Assembly (NCBI RefSeq): GCF_022045235.1
Contig: NW_027266319.1
Coordinates: 55,986,001-56,050,000 of the forward strand
DNA: 64,000 bases
Source: Haliotis cracherodii
Taxonomy: Eukaryota
Reading direction: 5' to 3'
The notes under the pieces were generated by a model. It had not been told where the DNA came from and did not search any database. It was given only the letters and a program-made list of their open reading frames with translations. Within the stretch, counting starts at the first letter, position 1. Every line of letters begins with the position of its first letter. The translations under genes and the position numbers were made by a program. This document shows positions 38,488 through 51,479 of this stretch, piece after piece.

Positions 38488-39394
38488 TGCGTCGAATGCT
38501 GAAACTGCAGATAAAGATATATGTGTCAAATCACAGGTGTCAAATCATAGTATTACTTTTTCACACTTATATTTGAAATATGAGACAGATGATAATTGGA
38601 CGACATCAATGTGTTGATCGAACACGGTACACACGCCACGCGAAAATTTATTATAAAGGGGTTAGCGGAGGGTGGGTGGGAGGGTGGTTGGGTGGGTGCT
38701 GTGTATCAAAAATGCACGTAGTTTTAATTTTAACACCATTCGTCACCACTCGCCCCTTTCCGTAACATGTAACCATATTCGGCTTGTCCCGGAATAACAC
38801 GAGTTGGTCACGAATGGTTTCAACAACTGATTTGTAGGGATACCCTGATCCCATTCGTCACCACTCGCCCCTTTCCGTAACCTGCAAGAAGACTCGTCCC
38901 CCTATCGATGAATGTTATGTGCAAAAATACGACAAACCAATCAGAAAGCGCGTAGGATTTCAAGTTCTTTGTCATAGAATCCCTCAGAAATAATTTCTGT
39001 TTTTACATACGTCTTGCATCTAAAGATATACCCAAGACACAGTTAAATTCGTTCAATCATACTGTATAATTTCGCATGTCCTGATGTGCTTTTAATTGCA
39101 TCTGAAATATAAATGATATATGGGGAAATATATGTGAACCATTGCGCAACGAGTTGACAATTGTTTTAGGTATGCCCGTTTGCGCTAAGACGGAACCCGG
39201 TTGCAAAAATGGCCACGAGAGGGGCACGAGTCGCTATTCGGCTTGTCCCGGAAGAACGCGAGTTGGTCACGAATGATTTGTAGGGAGACCCTGATCCCTA
39301 CAAGTTCTTGTGTCCTAAGAAAGGGATCGGGTGGTTATGATGTGACCAGGCTGATTACCGTCGTCCTACCCCAACGGCGTGGATCGTTGATTGT

Positions 39395-39728
39395 GAGGTG
39401 AGGTGAGATTGAGTTTAACGTCGCGTTATATAGCGAAGTGCATGTACGTGTGTGTGTTTGTGTGGCTGCTTGTATTAGTCCGGACTGATGCCGATTTATA
39501 GTGCTAGCCCACTGAGATACCATGCCGCAGTTTTGACACGATAACCCCACTCAGACAGTTAACTGACTCCAAGCCGGCCAGTCCTTGTTTTAGCCACTTA
39601 ATGCCGAGCGCAAGACAAGATAACCAGAAGTACCATCTTTTAACGTCTTTTGGTATGATGCGGCCGGTGATCGAATCCCGGACCGCTCTTCGGGCGGACG
39701 TTCTACCACTAGACCACGGAGGCGGTCG
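39395..39728 (-). mobile_element. tRNA-derived SINE with a V-domain-like centre (partial relatives near 35430-35665 and 36410-36560)
   Basis: Minus strand reads gcctccgtggtctagtggtagaacgtccgcc...gggattcgatcaccggccgcatcataccaaaagacgttaaaagatggtac, with a (CTCAC)n tail. The domain label is from recall, not from a search. Confidence 0.6.
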
Positions 39729-41541
39729 ACAAAGTTGGGAACATAATCAGAGCGAGCCTGAGATTCAAACCCACGATCAAAGGTTTCTGGCAGGTCTAAG
39801 GGACACAACTCTACACAGAAAGATGACTGGGTCACCCATGACCCATGACATATATTACATTTCGTTTCACGACCAACGAACAGAGTTATAGAGTGATTGA
39901 ATATTCCTTAACGACGCATTATTTGTTGTTTGTTTGTTGTTCAACGCCGCACCCAGCAATATTCTCAACCATACTCACTCGCTCATTTGTCTACAGGGGA
40001 CATGAATAACACTGTGATTTGAGCGCTGCAATTTGCGGTGCAGAGTAACGTTCCTCGATCGTTTTTCCTGTATAAAAAATACTCTACGCTTGCATCATCA
40101 TTTTCGTTAAAAGAATCCGAAGGACAAATGGTTAACTTGTTGCGGCCTAAAGTTCGTGTTGTATAACTGAAATATAACCAAGATGTTGACTTATGCTGTC
40201 ATATCAGCCCATATATCAGGTAGTTCTTGCCATATGAAGTAGGTGCCATATGTGCGTGCATGGAATAAGGTAATGGACTTCACACTCGAGACGACGGGTC
40301 AGCTGTATCAACACAGCCATGTCCTCGATATGGGCCATCGATATGGTTACATCATTCACTTGGGAATTAATATATTTTCCCCAAAACACTCTTTACAGAT
40401 TTTCCACACAAAAAAACTTGTTGTGTGGTAGAAATAAATATTAAATAAAAATAAAAATTTAAAACATTTTTCTCTTAAATTAATCTTTAAAAGCATTGTC
40501 CTTTTCAGTAAAATATTTACTTTCTCTTTGAGCTTTTTTTGTATTTCTATTTCTTAAATAAGATAACAGATTCGGAAAAAAAATAAGCTCTCCCCAATTT
40601 ATAAATGTAATCCACATTTGTGAAATTTTGGATAGAAAACATTAATCCACATAATTAAACAAACGCTGTGGTGTATTGCGATAGTGTTGTTAGTCGTGGT
40701 TTGACCATCTGACTCATTAAGTTTCCGACAGTAAACACTACGTTGTCTTCTGGTCTGTCCCTCTTAATCATCTTCCCGAAGCAAGTGAGTTACATGACTT
40801 ATATAAAAGTGGAAACTGGACTTTTAAAGTCAGTTAACTCTCTTGCCTCGGGAAGCTGCTCTAAATTGAAAACACCAAACTTTTAAAGGTGTCCATAATG
40901 ATGTTTCTGTCGAATGAACAGATTTGTTTGTTTGTTTTGTTTGTTTTTTAACGCCACGCTCAGCAATATTACAGCTATATGACGGCGGTCTGTAAGTTAT
41001 AGAGTCTTAATGCCGAGCGCCAGGCAGCCCCACTAGACCAGAGTAGACGGTCCTAGTTTATAACATATAATAATACGTCCATTTATAATGTGTCAGATTC
41101 CATTCACGAAGTGAATGCTCATGGCGCTATTTTATTATGATCTCAGTTTTGTTTCTTTGTTGTTTAACGCCCCACTCAGCAAGATTCCAGTTATATGACG
41201 GTGTCTGTAAATTATCGAGTCTGGACCAGACAATCCAGTGATTGACAACATGAACATCGATCCACACAATTGGGATCGATGACATGCATCAACCAAGTCA
41301 GCGAGTCTGGCCACCCGATCCAGTTAGTCGCCTCTTACGACAAGCATAGTCGCCTTTTACGGGGAGCATGGCCTGTTGTAGACCTATTCTACCCCGAATG
41401 AACAGAAACATGGTGTAGGCAAATTGGACACACGGTCAATAGCAATATCACAGCAGGGGGCACCCAGTCTCCGGTGTGACGAGCGTATGTTGAGCAGTCG
41501 GGCTGCATAACCGCCTCTACAACAAACCTTATCCCTTCTTC

Positions 41542-41680
41542 ATGGTAGCCTTGTGGTTAAAGCGTTCGCTCCTCACGCCGAAGACCCGGGTTCGTTTCCC
41601 CACATGGGTACAGTGCTAATGTCCTTCGTCGTGACATTGCTGGAAAATTTCTAAAAGCGGCGTAAAACGACACTCAGACA
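41542..41680 (+). mobile_element. Short tRNA-derived SINE (family 3); second copy about 52557-52722 (-)
   Basis: ggtagccttgtggttaaagcgttcgctcctcacgccgaagacccgggttcgtttcccc head followed by a gctggaa...aaaagcggcgtaaaac tail. Confidence 0.65.
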
Positions 41681-44329
41681 CTCTTGGCGAAATCGGTTCT
41701 TCTTCGAGTATTAGTGTATTTAACTCAGGAGCGGAGAAAAGGGCCTATTGACCAGTGTCCCGGTTAGAATATGGGCTTTTGGGAGCATCCATTTAATTTC
41801 GGAGGGTGGGGAGTGGGGATTCAGAAATATACCCACAATTAATAGTTTGTTGACAGTGCTGAAACTAATGAATAGTTGTTTTGTCGGAAATAATCAAATG
41901 TCAACTTTGCTGTTAATAGTGAAAAAGTATAGAGTGTTTGATGGTGCTCAGTAAATACATAGTTTGTTGGGTCCAGCTGGAAAAACATGTTTTCAAAAAC
42001 CTTCACTATACGAAAGTTGGTACTTAAATAGCAATATTTAACAAAAATTGACTTGACTGACGACTGAACGCTTTGAACCACCTGTCGCTTGAATCTGAAT
42101 GACAGTAAAACCGCAAATTGATCTCGTATAGCTGTCTCAGTTATTATATGACTGTTTCACTCACTTCGCGTAGATTCACGCGGACGTATTTCGAGTGATC
42201 TCCCTTAGTTCATCGGAGGTTGACATTCGACAAGAGCTTGAAATATAATATTTCAGCAACATGTAAAGACAAAAATCCGCTGAGTGGGGGAAGGCTCCTA
42301 TGTGCCGTGTGCCGGGAGCCACACAGAGGTGCCAGTAAGCGTGAACCCAGGGGAGAGTTAAGTTACATAGACTGGCGGCAAGTCTCCCTCGCCAGATCCC
42401 TTATTACGAGGCTGTGGAAATACGGGACGCCCCCAGCTCACCATCTGTCTCCAGAACTCTCACGCCCACTTCTTGAGACTTTTTCAATGTTCTGTACTTT
42501 TTAATATCAAAATACATTTAGTGTTTGTCAGAAGTGTTAATCAATTCTAAGTCGATTAAATGGTTTGTTTACGGTAGACAAAATTACATGACCATAGTGT
42601 CATTGCCAAACCCTTCAGTTCAATTCTAATTGATCCAGACTGCACAATATCGGGGGAAATCATCATTACATCTCTAGTTTTTTGGTACCTTTAACGAAGG
42701 CGAAAATATTGCATTAGTGTGTCACATCATGTATGACGAACAATCCCCAATACATTACTTAAAATACAACATCTGGCCGATTCAAATGACGGGGATTGCT
42801 AATTGTAACAACCTGTAAATACCTCCTATTGTCGTTGAGACGCCAATTATGCATTTCAGATCGAAGTGCGGCGAGGGGGTTAAGAAAAGTAGAACTTGAC
42901 ATTAAATTAATGTACAAGCTTTTCAACTACTACGTATATAAAATTAGATCTAGGGAAAGTAAATCTTTCCCAAAATCTAAGACCATAGTAAGATTGAAAA
43001 TGAACTTCATCTTCAACACTATCACAATAACAGAATTTACAAAAATCGTTTTTTAAGTGGACATTTTAATGATATTTTTGTTTAAGTATTTTTAACAATC
43101 CTATTTCGTAAAAATGATTTCTTAGCTATGCTTTGTTAAAACCTACATTTGTAGGTTTCAATGGGTAGGTGGGCTGCCTGATGAAGACAGTGCCTTCTCA
43201 CGTGAGCAAATTCCGACCTTCTTTGATGTTATTGTTAGACATCGGGGAATTCGTAATTCGAATTGATAACGCAATTACGCGGCATACGGACGTTCATCTA
43301 GAAATGAAGGACTATTGGCTTGGTGGTGTTCATCCAGGCGTGGTCACCCGCTACTAACAATATTAGCCCGTGAAGCGCCGTGTTAGAATTGGTCGTCAGC
43401 AACCCATGCATGTCGTAAAAGGCGACTAACGGGATCGGGTGTTCGGCTCGCTGACTTAGTTGATGTATGTCATCGTATCCCAATTGTGCAGATCGATTCT
43501 CATGATGTTAATCACTGGGTTGTCTGGTGCAGGTTCGATTATTTACAGACGCCGTCATATAGCTAGAATACTGGCGAGTCTGGCGTTAACCAATAAACAC
43601 ACAAATGTAGATCTCCAGTCATTTGGTGTAGCCTACTGTGAGGACGAGCGCAGAATTCTCTGGAATGCAGAGAACATCGCAATCAATAAGTACAAAGCTT
43701 TGAAATTCATTTTGCCTCCAACATTTGAGAGAATTACCCTATCGCATCTGCATTGCGCATTCATGCAAGGGGCTCTTGACGTTCATTGTGTATTGTGTAG
43801 TGCAGTGGAATATCTGCTTTAGACTTCATTAAGTCATTGTTTTGACATCCAGGCGAAATGAACGTTTTACTTTTTGTGGGGTCAAAAGTTAGTCTGATTT
43901 AGACATAGGTCCGTATTAGGAATAGTATAACAGATGATAACACATGTAAATGGAAACAAAGTTCAAAGAAGTGTTATTATTAATCGGAGTACATTCGGCA
44001 CAACTGATATCGCCTTGTATTACTATGCTGATTAGTTAAAGTCCTGACTCGACAGATTCCAGTGTGCGCGGTAATATTTGTAAATGTAATATGTGTGAAG
44101 AAAATATGTCCATATTAGCGATAAAGTAGCTCAGTGTCTCAATCAAGTTTTGGCACGTCACGCCCAAACTGCCAAGCTCGATTCCTTTCATCGGGGTAAT
44201 GTTTCTAATGAAGCCCATTCCTGCAGCCACCCGACGCCGTGATATAGCCGTTGAAGCGTATAACACCATACACCTGTATTAAGTGCACTTATAAACTGAT
44301 TTGAAAAAAATATTTTCACATTCCTTAAC

Positions 44330-47300
44330 TATTTAGGCACGAAATAACGTTAAAGGAATCGCGCTGTACCCCGTTTGGATAACTTTATAGCTTCCCTTTA
44401 AGACGGAGAGCTGTCTATGCAAACGTCTCTATGGAAAAAGCTTGAAAACTTTGTGGCACATCTGGGAGCCTCGCATTTTTCGCATCAAAATACTTTTAAA
44501 TACGGATTTGAAATACTATTTTCTCCTTCCTTAACTATTTCGGTATAAAATGAGGTAAAATGAGTCGCTCAGTACCCCCTTTGCTGAACTATACAGCTTC
44601 CCTCTAACACCGGTGGGTGTCTATGCAACTGGGAGCCTCGCATTTTCGAATCAAATTACTTTAAAATACGGATTTGAAATACTATTTTCTCCTTCCTTAA
44701 CTGTTTATGTGTAACATAACGGAAAAGGAATCGCTCTATACCCCCGTTTGAACACTATACAGCTTCCCTTTAACACGTACGCGGATCTATACAAGCGTCC
44801 TTCTGGAAATAGCCTGAAAACTTAGTGGCACATCTGGGAGCCTCGCATTTTTCGCATTCAAATACTTTAAAATATGGGTTTGAAATACTATGTTCACATT
44901 CCTTAACTATTTAGGTATAACATCACGAAAAAGGAGTCGCTCAATACCCCCTTTGGAGAACTATAGAGCTTCCCTTTAATTTAACACGGGGGGTATCTAT
45001 ACAAACGTCCCTGTGGAAATAGCCTATAAACTTAGTGGCACATCTGGGAGCCTCGCAATATTCGCATCCAAATACTTTAAAATTTGCGTTTGAAATACTA
45101 TGTTCACCTTCCTTAACTATTTAGGTATAACATAACGTAAAAGGAGTCGCTCAATACCCCCAAAGGAGAACTATACAGCTTCCCTTTAACACGGGGGGTT
45201 ATCTATACAAACGTCCCTATGGAAATAGCCTGAAAACTTAGTGCCACATCTGGGAGCCTCGCATTTTCCGCATGGGAATAGTTTAAATATAGGTTCAAAA
45301 TATTATTTGCTCCTTCCTTAACTCTTTAGGTATAACATAACGTAAACGGAATCGTTCTGTAACCCGTTTGGATAACTATATAGCTTCCCTTTAATTTAAG
45401 ACGGGGGGCTGTCTATGGAAACGTTCCTGTGGAAATAGCCTGAAAACTTAGTGGCACATCTGGGAGCCCCGCATTTTCCTCATCAAAATACTTTAAAATA
45501 CGGGTTTGAAATACCATTTTCTCCTTCCTTAACTAGTAAGGCATGAAATAACGTAAAAGGAATCTACCTCTGCCCCGTTTTGAAAACTAAAAAGCTTCCC
45601 TGTAAGACGGGGACTGTCTATGCAAACGTTCCTGTGGAAATAGCCTGAAAACTTAGTGGCACATCTGGGAGCCTCGCATTTTTCGCATGGAAATAGATTA
45701 AGATACGTGTTTGAAATATTATTATCTCTTTCCTGAACCATTGTGGCATATAATAACTCTAAAACAGCCCCTTTATATACCCTTTTGGAAACTATATCGC
45801 TCCCCTTTAACACAGGGGGTTGTCAATGCAAACGTCCCTATGGAAAATAGCCTAAAAATTTGGTGGCACATCTGGGAGCCTGGCATTTTTCGCATGGAAA
45901 TAGTTTAATATACGTGTTTGAAATATTATTATATTTTCACTTAACCATTTAGGCATAAAATGAAATAAAAGGTGTAGCTCTATATCCTGTCTCGGAAACT
46001 ATATAGCTTCCCTTTACCACAGGGGGTCGTCTATACAAACGTCCCTTTGGAAAAAGCCTGAAAACTTGGTGGCACATCTGGGAGCCTCGCATGTTTCGCA
46101 TGGAAATAGTTTGAAATACATGTTTGAAATATTATCATCTCTTTCCTGAACCATTTAGGCATACAATAACTTTAAAACAGTCGCTCTATATCCTTTCTTG
46201 GAAACTATATCGCTTCCCTTTACTACAGAGGGTTGTCTATGCAAACGTCCCTATGGAAATAGCCTGAAAACTTAGTGGCACATCTGGGAGCCTCGCATTT
46301 TTCGCATGGAAATAGTTTAATATACGGGTTTACAATATTATTATATCTTTACGTAACCATTTAGGCATAAAATGAAGTAAAAGGTGTAGATCTATATCCT
46401 GTCTAGGAAACTATATAGCTTCCCTTTAACACAGGGGTCGTCTATACAAACGTCCCTTTGGAAAAAGGTTGAAAACTTAGTGGCACATCTGGGAGCCTCG
46501 CATTTTTCGCATGGAAATAGATAACAATACGTGTTTGAAATATTATTATCTCTTTCCTGAACCATTTAGGCATACAGTAACTTTAAAACAGTATCTCTAT
46601 ATCCTTTCTTGGAAACTATATCGCTTCTTTTTACTGCAGGGGGTTGTCTATACAAACGTCCCTATGGAAATAGCCTCAAAACTTAGTGGCACATCTGGGA
46701 TCCTCGCATTTTTCGCATGGAAATAGTTTGAAATACGTGTTTGAAATATTATTTTCTCTTTCCTGAACCACTGAGGCATAAAATAACTCTAAAACAGACC
46801 CTCTATACCCCCATTTGGAAACAATATTGCTTCCCTTTAACACAAGTTGTTGTCTATGCAAACGTGCCTATGGAAATAGGCTAAAAACTTAGTGGCACAT
46901 CTGGGAGCCTAGCATTTTTCGCATGGAAATAGTTTCATGTATGAGTTTAAAATATTATTATATCTTTACTTAACCATTTAGGCATAAAATGAAGTAAAAG
47001 GTGTAGCTTTATATCCTGTCTCGAAAACTATATAGCTTCCCTTTAACACAGGGGGTTGTCTATACAAACGTCCCTTTGGAAATAGGCTAAAAACTTAGTG
47101 GCACATCTGGGATCCTCGCATGTTTCGCATGGAAATTGTTTGAAATACGGGTTTGAAATATTATTTTCTCTTTCCGAAACCACTGAGGCATAAAGTAACT
47201 CTAAAACAGACCCTCTATACCCCCATTTGGAAACAATATTGCTTCCCTTTAACACAAGCGTTGTGTATGCAAACGTCCCTTTGGAAATAGGCTAAAAACT

Positions 47301-48078
47301 TAGTGGCACATCTGGGAGCCTCGCATTTTTCGCATGGAAATAGAGTAAAGTACATGTTTGAAATATTATTATCTCTTTCCTGAACCATTTAGGCATACAA
47401 TAACTTTAAAACAGTCGCTCTATATCCCCTTTTGGAAACTTTATAGCTTCCCTTGAACACAAGGGGTCGTCTATACAAACGTCCCTATGGAAAAAGCCTG
47501 AAAAACTTAGTGGCACATCTGGGAGCCGCGCATTTTCGCATCAAATTACTTTAAAATACGGATTTGAAATACTATTTTCTCCTTCCTTAACTGTTTATGT
47601 GTAACATAACGGAAAAGGAATCGCTCTATACCCCCGTTTGAACACTATACAGCTTCCCTTTAATACGTACGCGGATCTATACAAGCGTCCTTCTGGAAAC
47701 AGCCTGAAAACTTAGTGGCACATCTAGGGATCGCAGTTTTCGCATCCAAATACTTTAAAATATGGGTTCGAATTACTATGTTCACATTCCTTAACTATTT
47801 AGGTATAACATAACGTAAAAGGAGTCGCTCAATACCCCCTTTGGAGAACTATACAGCTTCCCTTTAATTTAACACGGGGGGGTATCTATACAAACGTCCC
47901 TGTGGAAATAGCCTATTAACTTAGTGGCACATCTGGGAGCCTCGCATTTTTCGCATCCAAATACTTTAAAATATGGGTTTAAAATACTATGTTCACATTC
48001 CTTAACTATTTAGGTATAACAGAACGTAAAAGGAGTCGCTCAATACCCCAAATGGAGAACTATAGAGCTTCCCTTTAA
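44330..48078 (+). repeat. ~206-bp satellite array (about 18 monomers), continuing at 50137-50670
   Basis: Core aaacgtccctatggaaatagcctgaaaacttagtggcacatctgggagcctcgcattttt recurs at e.g. 45865, 46071, 46277, 46483 and 46688. Confidence 0.95.
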
Positions 48079-50136
48079 AGGGGCACTGATCTAACGCAAT
48101 TCCCCGGACTGGTTGTTGCCTTTATTATTGTTTTTTTTTCCCGTGAGTACCCGGATGATACGCAACGCAACTGAGCGTGACCAGAGGACTGGGCTACCGT
48201 CTGCAAGGAGGCTTGGAATATAGTTGGAGGCTGGCGGCAATATTTGTTTTACGCATTTTTGCATAAACACTGATTGGGTAACCGTGATCTCTAAAGATTT
48301 CGACAAAGGGCGCATGTTAATTAATTTCTTCAGCCTAGACAAACAGACAAAAAGAACGGCGGAGCTCATCGGATCTCGTCATTTGGAAATACCCCAGATG
48401 GTTATAAATTAATACTAAAAAGGTATCCATGCAGTGAAAGCGTTTTGGGATTTCGGATTGCGTCTATCATACGATTACTACTCCCTTGTTGTCATCCACG
48501 TTTTCTCGTATAACCCTACACTTGTGTATTTGTCGTCATTCACTTGATGCTCAGTTAATGAATTTATTACAGGTACAATTAGTGGTAGCACCACTTAGAT
48601 TACCTGAAGAAGGTTCCCATTTGGCATTTATTGTGTCTGGGGTAATTATTCAATCCAAATCCAGGTTTGAAGTGAGGTGAAATGTGTGTTATGTAATATG
48701 CACGTGGCAGACCAGCAAGAGGTGAATGATCAGTTGATTTACATTTTTTGGTAAATCTACTGATCGTTCCTAGTCATCAAAGGATTAACAGAAAATACGT
48801 TGATTGATTAATCACTGTTATCTTGCACAGTGGATATGTCAAAAGTGAGTGTTTACATGTGTAGGTTTACTAAAACAAAGACACTTATATCATTGCGTGA
48901 AGTGCCGATGTAAAAACAAATTACTTTGTTCATAGGGTTAACTGATAATACGTTGATTGATTGGTCATTGTTATCTATCACTCAATGGATTTTTTAGGAA
49001 CCGTGGACGTTATGAAAATAGTTGTCACGTGGGCTTTCTCAGCCGAACCTTGAGACTTGACACCTGTGTGAAACACCTGAAACAATCCAAGTGATCAGTT
49101 GAGAAACGAACACGGGTTATAATATCCCGAAATGATATATATCTTTTAAAATATTTGATTGTTACAGAGACACGTGACATCGATTAAGTTTCTTTGTACA
49201 GCTGCAGACGAGTGGGATATTGTGTGGATATTCACGGTTACATTCCTCGAACAAGGAAGCTGCCTAAAATTTATACACATAAATTGGGTAGGTTGTAATT
49301 ATGGTATTTGCATTTTGTTTTTCTTCATTTGCTGTAGCATTGAACCGATTCGTCCTTGTTTCTCTACGTCTTGGTTGGGAAATTCTTCAATGCGCGATAG
49401 AGGTTGTTTCACAGGTCTTTTCCTTTGTATTACCGTCAATTTGTAAAATGTGATTCTCTCAGGCAATTTATAGAATGTGTAAATATTTCATTTTGACTTA
49501 AAAAATCTGTCCAGATCGATTAAGACGATCAAAAGGGCCTACAAACATCACAACAGATTATTATGTAGGATTAGAAGCCAAACAACATAGAAATGTACTT
49601 TTCAACGTTACATTTTCAGTCTCTTGGTGATGACATAAAACATGAAAATGTTTGGAATTCGTTATCATAATAATACAGATGGAAATGTTTTTCAGTCCCT
49701 TTGTAAAATAACTGAATATTTAGGCGTTTAATAAATTTGAAAATGTTACACATTTTGACGGTAAAAAAATATACACACTATAAAAAAAGCAATGCTCAGG
49801 TGAAATATTTACTTTGTGTTGCAAGTCAAAATAGTGTAAACGAAAATCGCAAAATTACCAAGCAAGTGACTTATCAAAACTTCGTCACCATTACCGATGC
49901 TACCCACAAACATACCTACATTTCCTTATTATCTCGAAAACTGTATTTCATTTTGTTGATCAATGTGACCATACGCCCTTTTTACTACCCATAAAAGTGA
50001 CTAATGCGCTTACGAATGGCGCAGCAGAGGTCGCGAACTAGTCTAGATTTCTGCTATACATCCGGGTACTCACTTGGAAAAAACAATAACAAAAGCAACA
50101 ACCAGTCCCGGGGAATTGCGTTAGATCAGTGCCCCT
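48079..50136. mobile_element. Non-autonomous Kolobok-like DNA transposon inserted in the satellite
   Basis: TTAA target duplication (48075-48078 and 50137-50140), termini 5'-AGGGGCACTGATCTAACGCAATTCCCC...GGGGAATTGCGTTAGATCAGTGCCCCT-3', and ~75-bp imperfect TIRs. RR...YY termini with a TTAA TSD are characteristic of Kolobok. No intact ORF inside. Confidence 0.8.
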
Positions 50137-50679
50137 TTAACACGGGGGGTTATCTATACAAACGTCCCTATGGAAATAGCCTGAAAACTTAGTGGCACAT
50201 CTGGGAGCCTCGCATTTTCGCATGGAAATAGTTTAATATACATGTTTGAAATATTATTTTCTCTTTCCTGAACCATTTAGGCATACAATAACTTTAAAAC
50301 AGTCGCTCGATATCCTATTTTGGAATTTTTATAGCTTCTCTTTAACACAGGGTCGTCTATACAAACGTCCCTATGGAAATAACCTGAAAACTTAGTGGCA
50401 CATCTAGGAGCCTCGCATTTTTCGCATGGAAATAGTTTAATATACGGGTTTAAAATATTATTATATCTTTACTTAACCATTTAGACATAAAATGAAGTAA
50501 AAAGTGTAGCTCTATATCCTGTCTCGGAAACTATATAGCTTCCCTTTACCACTGGGGGTCGTCTATACAAACGTCCCTTTGGAAAAAGCCTGAAAACTTA
50601 GTGGCACATCTGGGAGCCTCGCATTTTTCGCATGGAAATAGTTTGAAATACGGGTTTGAAATATTATATACCTGAGTCT

Positions 50680-51065
50680 TATTGAGAGTATATTGTGATA
50701 TGCCCTGAGTATGTAGAAGTTGGACGATATCACAACATTATGAAAGATCTTAGATACTGTGGTTATTGTCAAGCTAGAAGTGTTAACATACTTGAAGATG
50801 AATATCATTTTCTATTAATATGTCCCAAATATAAAGATATCAGGGTAAAATGTATACATAAATACTATTGGGAAAGGCCATCTGAATTAAAACTAGTTAG
50901 CCTGCTACAAACAAGTTGTAAAACACAACTGTTATACATTTCTAAATATATTAAATCCTTCTTACAGTAAAGATGAAATCGTGTCCTTCCTCCATTGTCA
51001 ATATATATTTTTGTTGTATCTGTTATACGAGTGGCTGAAGTCCAAGTCATTTTCATGAATAAATA
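50680..51065 (+). mobile_element. 3' end of a LINE (RTE-X-like C-terminal Cys/His motif)
   Basis: VEVGRYHN...RYCGYC...ILEDEYHFLLICPKYKDIR, followed by a 3' UTR with aataaa. Confidence 0.7.
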
Positions 51066-51479
51066 CGTGGTCTGTTCTGTTAAAGGCTGACCACTGTCTA
51101 AGTTTCCAACATCTGTAGCTAGCTGGTGTTAGCACTCTTATCATGCAGCAGGATGCTCCTTGTTTATACGTATCAGTTAGCCCTGTCAACTCCAGGAACT
51201 TCACTCTTACATAAGGTCAACTGCTGGCCCCCTTCCGGGTTTCAGGTAGTATAGTACCAGGCCAAATGCAAGAAATGTGCTTATCTTTTAGGATCTCACA
51301 GAAGCACTAAATGTGTCATTCAGTTATTGCTGTGACATCTCTAACTCCCTGGAAACTCCTCTAGGATCTGGAACTTGCCACGGAAAGTATCATGTTACAA
51401 TAAACAAACAAGTCCCCTAACAGACCCTATAAAGAAAGGGTCTAGAAAGTCTAGACTTTTTGTTTCTAAAAATGAAGAA

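Noticed and set aside
41542-41610. tRNA gene-like sequences (also 3905-4000 and 10786-10875)
   Set aside because: They have A/B boxes but no complete cloverleaf and continue into SINE bodies and tails, so they are treated as SINE heads.
44330-48078. CRISPR-like appearance (conserved core alternating with variable sequence)
   Set aside because: The variable parts are homologous to one another, the unit is ~206 bp, there are no cas genes and the context is eukaryotic. It is a satellite.
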